From contig CAXHJY010000096.1 in the NCBI GenBank assembly GCA_964016885.1, forward strand, positions 806,001-870,000: a DNA stretch of 64,000 nucleotides, in the 5' to 3' direction. The position numbers and the translations under genes were made by a program. Origin of the DNA: Eledone cirrhosa (taxonomy: Eukaryota). The notes under the pieces are model-generated. The model was not told the DNA's origin and searched no databases. It saw only the letters and a program-made list of their open reading frames with translations. Below are positions 26,271-38,630 of this stretch, in pieces (positions within the stretch are counted from its first letter, which is position 1; the number at the start of each line of letters is the position of its first letter).

Positions 26271-28009
26271 TAATTTGCAAAAAAAATCAGGGGGAGATAA
26301 TTTGTAAAAAAAAATCAGGGGTAGATAATTTGTAAAAAAAAATCAGGGGGAGATAATTTGTAAAAAAAAATCAGGGGGAGATAATTTGTAAAAAAAATCA
26401 AGGGGAGATAATTTCCAGCCGTCCAAGGAGAGATAATTTTAAAAAAAATCAGGCGGAGATAATTTGTAAAAAAAAATCAGGGGGAGATAATTTGTAAAAA
26501 AAATCAGGGGGAGATAATTTGTAAAAAAAAATCAGGGGTAGATAATTTGTAAAAAAAAATCAGGGGGAGATAATTTGTAAAAAAAAATCAGGGGGAGATA
26601 ATTTGTAAAAAAAATCAAGGGGAGATAATTTCCAGCCGTCCAAGGAGAGATAATTTTAAAAAAAATCAGGCGGAGATAATTTGTAAAAAAAAATTAGGGG
26701 GAGATAATTTGTAAAAAAAAATCAGGGGGAGATAATTTGTAAAAAAAATCAAGGGGAGATAATTTCCAGCCGTCCAAGGGGAGATAATTTTCAGCCGTCC
26801 AAGGGGAGATAATTTCCCGCCAGCCAAGGGAAGATAATATTCAAAAAAATCAGGCGGAGATAATTTGTAAAAAAAATCAGGGGGAGATAATTTGTAAAAA
26901 AATCAGGGGGAGATAATTTGTAAAAAAAAAAATCAGGGGGAGATAATTTGTAAAAAAAATCAGGGGGAGATAATTTGTAAAAAAAAATCAGGGGTAGATA
27001 ATTTGTAAAAAAAAATCAGGGGGAGATAATTTGTAAAAAAAAATCAGGGGCAGATAATTTGTAAAAAAAATGAAAGGGGAGATAATATCCAGCCGTCCAA
27101 GGGGAGATAATTTCCAGCCGTCCAAGGGGAGATAATTTCCAGCCGTCCAAGGGGAGAAAATTTCCATCCTTCCAAGGGGATATAATTTCCAGCCGGCCAA
27201 GGGGAGATAATTTCCATCCTTCCAAGGGGATATAATTTCCAGCCGTCCAAGGGGAGATAATTTTCAGCCGTCCAAGGAGAGGTAATTTCTAGCCGTCCAA
27301 GGAGAGATAATTTCCAGCCGTCCAAGGGGAGATAATTTCCAGCCGTCCAAGGGGAGATAATTTCCAGCCGTCCAAGGAGACATATTTTCCAGCCGTCCAA
27401 GGAGAGGTAATTCCTAGCCGTCCAAGGGGAGATAAATTCCAGCCTCCAAGGGGAGATAATTTCCAGCCAGCCAAGGGGAGATAATTTGTAAAAAAAATCA
27501 GGGGGAGATAATTTCTAAAAAAAATCAGGGGGAGATAATTTGTAAAAAAAAATCAGGGGGAGATAATTTGTAAAAAATAATCAGGGGGAGATAATTTGTA
27601 AAAAAAATCAAGGGGAGATAATTTCCAGCCGTCCAAGGGGAGATAATTTTCAGCCGTCCAAGGGGAGATAATTTCCCACCAGCCAAGGGAAGATAATATT
27701 TAAAAAAATTATGCGGAGATAATTTGTAAAAAAAATCAGGGGGAGATAATTTGTAAAAAAATCAGGGGGAGATAATTTGTAAAAAAAATCAGGGGGAGAT
27801 AATTTGTAAAAAAAATCAGGGGGAGATAATTTGTAAAAAAAAATCAGGGGTAGATAATTTGTAAAAAAAATCAGGGGGAGATAATTTGTAAAAAAAAATC
27901 AGGGGGAGATAATTTGTAAAAAAAATCAAGGGGAGATAATTTCCAGCCGTCCAAGGAGAGATAATTTTAAAAAAAATCAGGCGGAGATAATTTGTAAAAA
28001 AAAATCAGG

Positions 28010-29660
28010 GGGAGATAATTTGTAAAAAAAAATCAGGGGGAGATAATTTGTAAAAAAAATCAAGGGGAGATAATTTCCAGCCGTCCAAGGGGAGATAATT
28101 TTCAGCCGTCCAAGGGGAGATAATTTCCCGCCAGCCAAGGGAAGATAATATTCAAAAAAATCAGGCGGAGATAATTTGTAAAAAAAATCAGGGGGAGATA
28201 ATTTGTAAAAAAATCAGGGGGAGATAATTTGTAAAAAAAAAAATCAGGGGGAGATAATTTGTAAAAAAAATCAGGGGGAGATAATTTGTAAAAAAAAATC
28301 AGGGGTAGATAATTTGTAAAAAAAAATCAGGGGGAGATAATTTGTAAAAAAAAATCAGGGGGAGATAATTTGTAAAAAAAATGAAAGGGGAGATAATATC
28401 CAGCCGTCCAAGGGGAGATAATTTCCAGCCGTCCAAGGAGAGATAATTTCCAGCCGTCCAAGGGGAGATAATTTCCATCCTTCCAAGGGGATATAATTTC
28501 CAGCCGTCCAAGGGGAGATAATTTCCATCCTTCCAAGGGGATATAATTTCCAGCCGTCCAAGGGGAGATAATTTTCAGCCGTCCAAGGAGAGGTAATTTC
28601 TAGCCGTCCAAGGAGAGATAATTTCCAGCCGTCCAAGGGGAGATAATTTCCAGCCGTCCAAGGGGAGATAATTTCCAGCCGTCCAAGGAGACATATTTTC
28701 CAGCCGTCCAAGGAGAGGTAATTCCTAGCCGTCCAAGGGGAGATAAATTCCAGCCTCCAAGGGGAGATAATTTCCAGCCAGCCAAGGGGAGATAATTTGT
28801 AAAAAAAATCAGGGGGAGATAATTTGTAAAAAAAATCAGGGGGAGATAATTTGTAAAAAAAAATCAGGGGGAGATAATTTGTAAAAAAAATCAAGGGGAG
28901 ATAATTTCCAGCCGTCCAAGGGGAGATAATTTTCAGCCGTCCAAGGGGAGATAATTTCCCGCCAGCCAAGGGAAGATAATATTCAAAAAAATCAGGCGGA
29001 GATAATTTGTAAAAAAAATCAGGGGGAGATAATTTGTAAAAAAATCAGGGGGAGATAATTTGTAAAAAAAAAAATCAGGGGGAGATAATTTGTAAAAAAA
29101 ATCAGGGGGAGATAATTTGTAAAAAAAAATCAGGGGTAGATAATTTGTAAAAAAAAATCAGGGGGAGATAATTTGTAAAAAAAAATCAGGGGGAGATAAT
29201 TTGTAAAAAAAATGAAAGGGGAGATAATATCCAGCCGTCCAAGGGGAGATAATTTCCAGCCGTCCAAGGGGAGATAATTTCCAGCCGTCCAAGGGGAGAT
29301 AATTTCCATCCTTCCAAGGGGATATAATTTCCAGCCGTCCAAGGGGAGATAATTTCCATCCTTCCAAGGGGATATAATTTCCAGCCGTCCAAGGGGAGAT
29401 AATTTTCAGCCGTCCAAGGAGAGGTAATTTCTAGCCGTCCAAGGAGAGATAATTTCCAGCCGTCCAAGGGGAGATAATTTCCAGCCGTCCAAGGGGAGAT
29501 AATTTCCAGCCGTCCAAGGAGACATATTTTCCAGCCGTCCAAGGAGAGGTAATTCCTAGCCGTCCAAGGGGAGATAAATTCCAGCCTCCAAGGGGAGATA
29601 ATTTCCAGCCAGCCAAGGGGAGATAATTTGTAAAAAAAATCAGGGGGAGATAATTTGTAA
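28010..29660. repeat. Tandem higher-order duplication, period 831 bp (~2 copies)
   Basis: ORF pairs 28299/29130, 28327/29158 and 28600/29431 are offset by 831. Confidence 0.9.
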
Positions 29661-32169
29661 AAAAATCAGGGGGAGATAATTTGTAAAAAAAATCAGGGGG
29701 AGATAATTTGTAAAAAAAATCAGGGGGAGATAATTTGTAAAAAAAAATCAGGGGTAGATAATTTGTAAAAAAAAATCAGGGGGAGATAATTTGTAAAAAA
29801 ATCAAGGGGAGATAATTTCCAGCCGTCCAAGGGAAGATAATTTCCAGCCCTCCAAGGGGCTATAATTTCCAGCGTCCAAGGGGAGATAATTTCCAGCCAG
29901 CGAAGGGGAGATAATTTTTTTAAAAAAATCATTGGGAGATTTGTAAAAAAAATCAGGGGGAGATAATTTGTAAAAAAAATCAAGGGGAGATAATTTCCAG
30001 CCGTCCAAGGGGAGGTAATATCTAGCCGTCCAAGGGTAGATAATTTCCAGCCGTCCAACGGGAGATAATTTCCAGCCGTCCAAGGGTAGATAATATCCAG
30101 CCGCCCAAGGACATATTTTCCAGCCGTCCAAGGAGAGGTAATTTCTAGCCGTCCAAGGGGAGATAATTTCCAGCCGTCCAAGGGTAGATAATATCCAGCC
30201 GTCCAAGGACATATTTTCCAGCCGTCCAAGGAGAGGTAATTTCTAGCCGTCCAAGGGGAGATAAATTCCAGCCTCCAAGGGGAGATAATTTCCAGCCAGC
30301 CAAGGGGAGATAATTTGTAAAAAAATCAGGGGGAGATAATTTGTAAAAAAAATCAGGGGGAGATAATTTGTAAAAAAAAATCAGGGGGAGATAATTTGTA
30401 AAAAAAAATCAGGGGGAGATAATTTGTTTAAAAAATCAAGGGGAGATAATTTGCAGCCGTCCAAGGGGAGATAATTTTCAGCCGTCCAAGGAGAGGTAAT
30501 TTCTAGCCGTTCAAGGGGAGATAATTTCCAGCCGTCCAAGGGGAGATAATTTCCAGCCGTCCAAGGGGAGATAATTTTTTTTTAAAAATCAGGCGGAGAT
30601 AATTTGTAAAAAAAAATCAGGGGGAGATAATTCGTAAAAAAAAATCAGGGGGAGATAATTTGTAAAAAAAAATCAGGGGGAGATAATTTGTAAAAAAAAT
30701 CAAGGGGAGATAATTTCCAGCCGTCCAAGGGGAGGTAATATCTAGCCGTCCAAGGGGAGATAATTTCCAGCCGTCCAAGGGGAGATAATTTCCAGCCGTC
30801 CAAGGGGAGATAATTTCCAGCCGTCCAAGGAGACATATTTTCCAGCCGTCCAAGGCGAGGTAATTTCTAGCCGTCCAAGGGGAGATAAATTCCAGCCTCC
30901 AAGGGGAGATAATTTCCAGCCAGCCAAGGGGAGATAATTTGTAAAAAAATCAGGGGGAGATAATTTGTAAAAAATATCAGGGAGATAATTTGTAAAAAAA
31001 AATCAGGGGGAGATAATTTGTAAAAAAAATCAGGGGGAGATAATTTGTAAAAAAAAATCAGGGGGAGATAATTTGTAAAAAAAATCAAGGGGAGATAATT
31101 TCCAGCCGTCCAAGGGGAGATAATTTTCAGCCGTCCAAAGAGAGGTAATTTCTAACCGTCCGAGGAGAGATAATTTCCAGCCGTCCAAGGGGAGATAATT
31201 TCCAGCCGTCCAAGGGGAGATAATTTCCAGCCGTCCAAGGAGACATATTTTCCAGCCGTCCAAGGAGAGGTAATTTCTAGCCGTCCAAGGGGAGATAAAT
31301 TCCAGCCTCCAAGGGGAGATAATTTCCAGCCAGCCAAATGGAGATAATTTGTAAAAAAATCAGGGGGAGATAATTTGCAAAAAAAATCAGGGGGAGATAA
31401 TTTGTAAAAAATAATCAGGGGGAGATAATTTCCAGCCGTCCAAGGGGAGATAATTTTAAAAAAAATCAGGCGGAGATAATTTGTAAAAAAAAATCAGGGG
31501 GAGATAATTTGTAAAAAAAAATCAGGGGGAGATAATTTGTAAAAAAAATCAAGGGGAGATAATTTCCAGCCGTCCAAGGGAAGATAATTTCCAGCCCTCC
31601 AAGGGGCTATAATTTCCAGTGTCCAAGGGGAGATAATTTCCAGCCAGCGAAGGGGAGATAATTTTTTTTAAAAAATCATTGGGAGATTTGTAAAAAAAAT
31701 CAGGGGGAGATAATTTGTAAAAAAAATCAAGGGGAGATAATTTCCAGCCGTCCAAGGGGAGGTAATATCTAGCCGTCCAAGGGGAGATAATTTCCAGCCG
31801 TCCAAGGGGAGATAATTTCCAGCCGTCCCAGGGTAGATAATATCCAGCCGCCCAAGGACATATTTTCCAGCCGTCCAAGGAGAGGTAATTTCTAGCCGTC
31901 CAAGGGGAGATAAATTCCAGCCTCCAAGGGGAGATAATTTCCAGCCAGCCAAGGGGAGATAATTTGTAAAAAAATCAGGGGGAGATAATTTGTAAAAAAA
32001 ATCAGGGGAAGATAATTTGTAAAAAAAAATCAGGGGGAGATAATTTGTAAAAAAAAATCAGGGGGAGATAATTTGCAAAAAAAATCAGGGGGAGATAATT
32101 TGTAAAAAAAAATCAGGGGTAGATAATTTGTAAAAAAAAATCAGGGGGAGATAATTTGTAAAAAAAAAA

Positions 32170-35100
32170 TCAGGGGGAGATAATTTGTAAAAAAAATCAA
32201 GGGGAGATAATTTCCAGCCGTCCAAGGAGAGATAATTTTAAAAAAAATCAGGCGGAGATAATTTGTAAAAAAAAATCAGGGGGAGATAATTTGTAAAAAA
32301 AATCAGGGGGAGATAATTTGTAAAAAAAAATCAGGGGTAGATAATTTGTAAAAAAAAATCAGGGGGAGATAATTTGTAAAAAAAAATCAGGGGGAGATAA
32401 TTTGTAAAAAAAATCAAGGGGAGATAATTTCCAGCCGTCCAAGGAGAGATAATTTTAAAAAAAATCAGGCGGAGATAATTTGTAAAAAAAAATTAGGGGG
32501 AGATAATTTGTAAAAAAAAATCAGGGGGAGATAATTTGTAAAAAAAATCAAGGGGAGATAATTTCCAGCCGTCCAAGGGGAGATAATTTTCAGCCGTCCA
32601 AGGGGAGATAATTTCCCGCCAGCCAAGGGAAGATAATATTCAAAAAAATCAGGCGGAGATAATTTGTAAAAAAAATCAGGGGGAGATAATTTGTAAAAAA
32701 ATCAGGGGGAGATAATTTGTAAAAAAAAAAATCAGGGGGAGATAATTTGTAAAAAAAATCAGGGGGAGATAATTTGTAAAAAAAAATCAGGGGTAGATAA
32801 TTTGTAAAAAAAAATCAGGGGGAGATAATTTGTAAAAAAAAATCAGGGGGAGATAATTTGTAAAAAAAATGAAAGGGGAGATAATATCCAGCCGTCCAAG
32901 GGGAGATAATTTCCAGCCGTCCAAGGGGAGATAATTTCCAGCCGTCCAAGGGGAGATAATTTCCATCCTTCCAAGGGGATATAATTTCCAGCCGTCCAAG
33001 GGGAGATAATTTCCATCCTTCCAAGGGGATATAATTTCCAGCCGTCCAAGGGGAGATAATTTTCAGCCGTCCAAGGATAGGTAATTTCTAGCCGTCCAAG
33101 GAGAGATAATTTCCAGCCGTCCAAGGGGAGATAATTTCCAGCCGTCCAAGGGGAGATAATTTCCAGCCGTCCAAGGAGACATATTTTCCAGCCGTCCAAG
33201 GAGAGGTAATTCCTAGCCGTCCAAGGGGAGATAAATTCCAGCCTCCAAGGGGAGATAATTTCCAGCCAGCCAAGGGGAGATAATTTGTAAAAAAAATCAG
33301 GGGGAGATAATTTGTAAAAAAAATCAGGGGGAGATAATTTGTAAAAAAAAATCAGGGGGAGATAATTTGTAAAAAATAATCAGGGGGAGATAATTTGTAA
33401 AAAAAATCAAGGGGAGATAATTTCCAGCCGTCCAAGGGGAGATAATTTTCAGCCGTCCAAGGGGAGATAATTTCCCGCCAGCCAAGGGAAGATAATATTT
33501 AAAAAAATTAGGCGGAGATAATTTGTAAAAAAAATCAGGGGGAGATAATTTGTAAAAAAATCAGGGGGAGATAATTTGTAAAAAAAATCAGGGGGAGATA
33601 ATTTGTAAAAAAAATCAGGGGGAGATAATTTGTAAAAAAAAATCAGGGGGAGATAATTTGTAAAAAAAATCAAGGGGAGATAATTTCCAGCCGTCCAAGG
33701 GAAGATAATTTCCAGCCCTCCAAGGGGCTATAATTTCCAGCGTCCAAGGGGAGATAATTTCCAGCCAGCGAAGGGGAGATAATTTTTTTTAAAAAATCAT
33801 TGGGAGATTTGTAAAAAAAATCAGGGGGAGATAATTTGTAAAAAAAATCAAGGGGAGATAATTTCCAGCCGTCCAAGGGGAGGTAATATCTAGCCGTCCA
33901 AGGGGAGATAATTTCCAGCCGTCCAAGGGGAGATAATTTCCAGCCGTCCAAGGGTAGATAATATCCAGCCGTCCAAGGACATATTTTCCAGCCGTCCAAG
34001 GAGAGGTAATTTCTAGCCGTCCAAGGGGAGATAAATTCCAGCCTCCAAGGTGAGATAATTTCCAGCCAGCCAAGGGGAGATAATTTGTAAAAAAATCAGG
34101 GGGAGATAATTTGTAAAAAAAATCAGGGGGAGATAATTTGTAAAAAAAAATCAGGGGGAGATAATTTGTAAAAAAAAATCAGGGGGAGATAATTTGTAAA
34201 AAAAAATCAGGGGGAGATAATTTGTAAAAAAATCAAGGGGAGATAATTTCCAGCCGTCCAAGGGGAGATAATTTTCAGCCGTCCAAGGGGAGATAATTTC
34301 CCGCCAGCCAAGGGAAGATAATATTTGAAAAAATCAGGCGGAGATAATTTGTAAAAAAAATCAGGGGGAGATAATTTGTAAAAAAATCAGGGGGAGATAA
34401 TTTGTAAAAAAAAAATCAGGGCGAGATAATTTGTAAAAAGAATCAGGGGGAGATAATTTGTAAAAAAAAATCAGGGGTAGATAAATTGTAAAAAAAAATC
34501 AGGGGGAGATAATTTGTAAAAAAAATCAGGGGGAGATAATTTGTAAAAAAAATGAAAGGGGAGATAATATCCAGCCGTCCAAGGGGAGATAATTTCCAGC
34601 CGTCCAAGGGGAGATAATTTCCAGCCGTCCAAGGGGAGATAATTTCCATCCTTCCAAGGGGATATAATTTCCAGCCGTCCAAGGGGAGATAATTTCCCGC
34701 CAGCCAAGGGAAGATAATTTTTAAAAAAATCAGGCGGAGATTGTAAAAAAAATCAGGGGGGAGATAATTTGTAAAAAAATCAGGGGGAGATAATTTGTAA
34801 AAAAAAATCAGGGGGAGATAATTTGTAAAAAATATTCAGGGGGAGATAATTTGTAAAAAAAATCAAGGGGAGATAATTTCCAGCCGTCCAAGGGGAGATA
34901 ATTTCCCGCCAGCCAAGGGAAGATAATATTTAAAAAAATTAGGCGGAGATAATTTGTAAAAAAAATCAGGGGGAGATAATTTGTAAAAAAATCAGGGGGA
35001 GATAATTTGTAAAAAAAATCAGGGGGAGATAATTTGTAAAAAAATTCATGGGGAGATAATTTGTAAAAAAAAATCAGGGGTAGATAATTTGTAAAAAAAA

Positions 35101-38100
35101 ATCAGGGGGAGATAATTTGTAAAAAAAAATCAGGGGGAGATAATTTGTAAAAAAAATCAAGGGGAGATAATTTCCAGCCGTCCAAGGGGAGATAATTTTC
35201 AGCCGTCCAAGGAGAGGTAATTTCTAGCCGTCCAAGGGGAGATAATTTCCAGCCCTCCAAGGGGAGGTAATTTCCAGCCGTCCAAGGGGAGATAATTTTA
35301 AAAAAAAAATCAGTCGGAGATAATTTGTAAAAAAAATCAAGGGGAGATAATTTGCAGCCGTCCAAGGGGAGATAATTTTCAGTCGTCCAAGGAGAGGTAA
35401 TTTCTAGCCGTCCAAGGGGAGATAATTGCCAGCCGTCCAAGGGGAGATAATTTCCAGCCGTCCAAGGGGAGATAATTTTTTTTAAAAAATCAGGCGGAGA
35501 TAATTTGTAAAAAAAATCAGGGGGAGATAATTTGTAAACAAAATCAGGGGGAGATAATTTGTAAAAAAAAATCAGGGGGAGATAATTTGTAAAAAAAATC
35601 ATGGAGAGATAATTTCCAGCCGTCCAAGGTGAGATAATTTCCAGCCGTCCAAGGAGACATATTTTCCAGCCGTCCAAGGCGAGGTAATTTCTAGCCGTCC
35701 AAGGGGAGATAAATTCCAGCCTCCAAGGGGAGATAATTTCCAGCTAGCCAAGTGGAGATAATTTGTAAAAAAATCAGGGGGAGATAATTTGTAAAAAATA
35801 TCAGGGAGATAATTTGTAAAAAAAAATCAGGGGGAGATAATTTGTAAAAAAAATCAGGGGGAGATAATTTGTAAAAAAAAATCAGGGGGAGATAATTTGT
35901 AAAAAAAATCAAGGGGAGATAATTTCCAGCCGTCCAAGGGGAGATAATTTTCAGCCGTCCAAGGGGAGATAATTTCCCGCCAGCCAAGGGAAGATAATAT
36001 TTAAAAAAATCAGGCGGAGATAATTTGTAAAAAAAATCAGGGGGAGATAATTTGTAAAAAAATCAGGGGGAGATAATTTGTAAAAAAAAAATCAGGGGGA
36101 GATAATTTGTAAAAAAAATCAGGGGGAGATAATTTGTAAAAAAAAATCAGGGATAGATAATTTGTAAACAAAAATCAGGGGGAGATAATTTGTAAAAAAA
36201 AATCAGGGGGAGATAATTTGTAAAAAAAATGAAAGGGGAGATAATATCCAGCCGTCCAAGGGGAGATAATTTCCAGCCGTCCAAGGGGATATAATTTCCA
36301 GCCGTCCAAGGGGAGATAATTTCCATCCTTCCAAGGGGATATAATTTCCAGCCGTCCAAGGGGAGATAATTTCCCGCCAGCCAAGGGAAGATAATTTTTA
36401 AAAAAATCAGGCGGAGATTGTAAAAAAAATCAGGGGGGAGATAATTTGTAAAAAAATCAGGGGGAGATAATTTGTAAAAAATAATCAGCGGGAGATAATT
36501 TGTAAAAAAATTCAAGGGGAGATAATTTCCAGCCGTCCAAGGGGAGATAATTTCCCGCCAGCCAAGGGAAGATAATATTTAAAAAAATTAGGCGGAGATA
36601 ATTTGTAAAAAAAATCAGGGGGAGATAATTTGTAAAAAAATCAGGGGGAGATAATTTGTAAAAAAAATCAGGGGGAGATAATTTGTAAAAAAAATCATGG
36701 GGAGATAATTTGTAAAAAAAAATCAGGGGTAGATAATTTGTAAAAAAAAATCAGGGGGAGATAATTTGTAAAAAAAAATCAGGGGGAGATAATTTGTAAA
36801 AAAAATCAAGGGGAGATAATATCCAGCCGTCCAAGGAGAGATAATTTTTAAAAAAAATGAGGCGGGGATAATTTGTAAAAAAAAAATCAGGGGGAGTTAA
36901 TTTGTAAAAAAAAATGAGGGGGAGATAATTTGTAAAAAAAATCAAGGGGAGATAATTTCCAGCCGTCCAAGGGGAGATAATTTTCAGCCGTCCAAGGAGA
37001 GGTAATTTCTAGCCGTCCAAGGGGAGATAATTTCCAGCCGTCCAAGGGGAGGTAATTTCCAGCCGTCCAAGGGGAGATAATTTTTTAAAAAAAATCAGGC
37101 GGAGATAATTTGTAAAAAAAATCAAGGGGAGATAATTTGCAGCCGTCCAAGGGGAGATAATTTTCAGTCGTCCAAGGAGAGGTAATTTCTAGCCGTCCAA
37201 GGGGAGATAATTTCCAGCCGTCCAAGGGGAGATAATTTCCAGCCGTCCAAGGGGAGATAATTTTTTTTAAAAAATCAGGCGGAGATAATTTGTAAAAAAA
37301 ATCAGGGGGAGATAATTTGTAAACAAAATCAGGGGGAGATAATTTGTAAAAAAAAATCAGGGGGAGATAATTTGTAAAAAAAATTAGGCGTAGATAATTT
37401 GTAAAAAAAAATCAGGGGGAGATAATTTGTAAAATAAAATCAGGGGGAGATAATTTGTTTAAAAAATCAAGGGGAGATAATTTGCAGCCGTCCAAGGGGA
37501 GATAATTTTCAGCCGTCCAAGGAGAGGTAATTTCTAGCCGTTCAAGGGGAGATAATTTCCAGCCGTCCAAGGGGAGATAATTTCCAGCCGTCAAAGGGGA
37601 GATAATTTTTTTTAAAAAATCAGGCGGAGATAATTTGTAAAAAAAAATCAGGGGGAGATAATTCGTAAAAAAAAATCAGGGGGAGATAATTTGTAAAAAA
37701 AAATCAGGGGGAGATAATTTGTAAAAAAAATCAAGGGGAGATAATTTCCAGCCGTCCAAGGGGAGGTAATATCTAGCCGTCCAAGGGGAGATAATTTCCA
37801 GCCGTCCAAGGGGAGATAATTTCCAGCCGTCCAAGGGGAGATAATTTCCAGCCGTCCAAGGAGACATATTTTCCAGCCGTCCAAGGCGAGGTAATTTCTA
37901 GCCGTCCAAGGGGAGATTAATTCCAGCCTCCAAGGGGAGATAATTTCCAGCCAGCCAAGGGGAGATAATTTGTAAAAAAATCAGGGGGAGATAATTTGTA
38001 AAAAATATCAGGGAGATAATTTGTAAAAAAAAATCAGGGGGAGATAATTTGTAAAAAAAATCAGGGGGAGATAATTTGTAAAAAAAAATCAGGGGGAGAT

Positions 38101-38630
38101 AATTTGTAAAAAAAATCAAGGGGAGATAATTTCCAGCCGTCCAAGGGGAGATAATTTTCAGCCGTCCAAGGAGAGGTAATTTCTAACCGTCCGAGGAGAG
38201 ATAATTTCCAGCCGTCCAAGGGGAGATAATTTCCAGCCGTCCAAGGGGAGATAATTTCCAGCCGTCCAAGGAGACATATTTTCCAGCCGTCCAAGGAGAG
38301 GTAATTTCTAGCCGTCCAAGGGGAGATAAATTCCAGCCTCCAAGGGGAGATAATTTCCAGCCAGCCAAGGGGAGATAATTTGTAAAAAAATCAGGGGGAG
38401 ATAATTTGCAAAAAAAATCAGGGGGAGATAATTTGTAAAAAAAATCAGGGGGAGATAATTTGTAAAAAATAATCAGGGGGAGATAATTTCCAGCCGTCCA
38501 AGGGAAGATAATTTCCAGCCCTCCAAGGGGCTATAATTTCTAGTGTCCAAGGGGAGATAATTTCCAGCCAGCGAAGGGGAGATAATTTTTTTTAAAAAAT
38601 CATTGGGAGATTTGTAAAAAAAATCAGGGG
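32170..38630. repeat. ~6.4 kb duplication, copy 2 (matches ~19830-26270)
   Basis: Same ORF offsets (12339) as copy 1. Confidence 0.88.
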
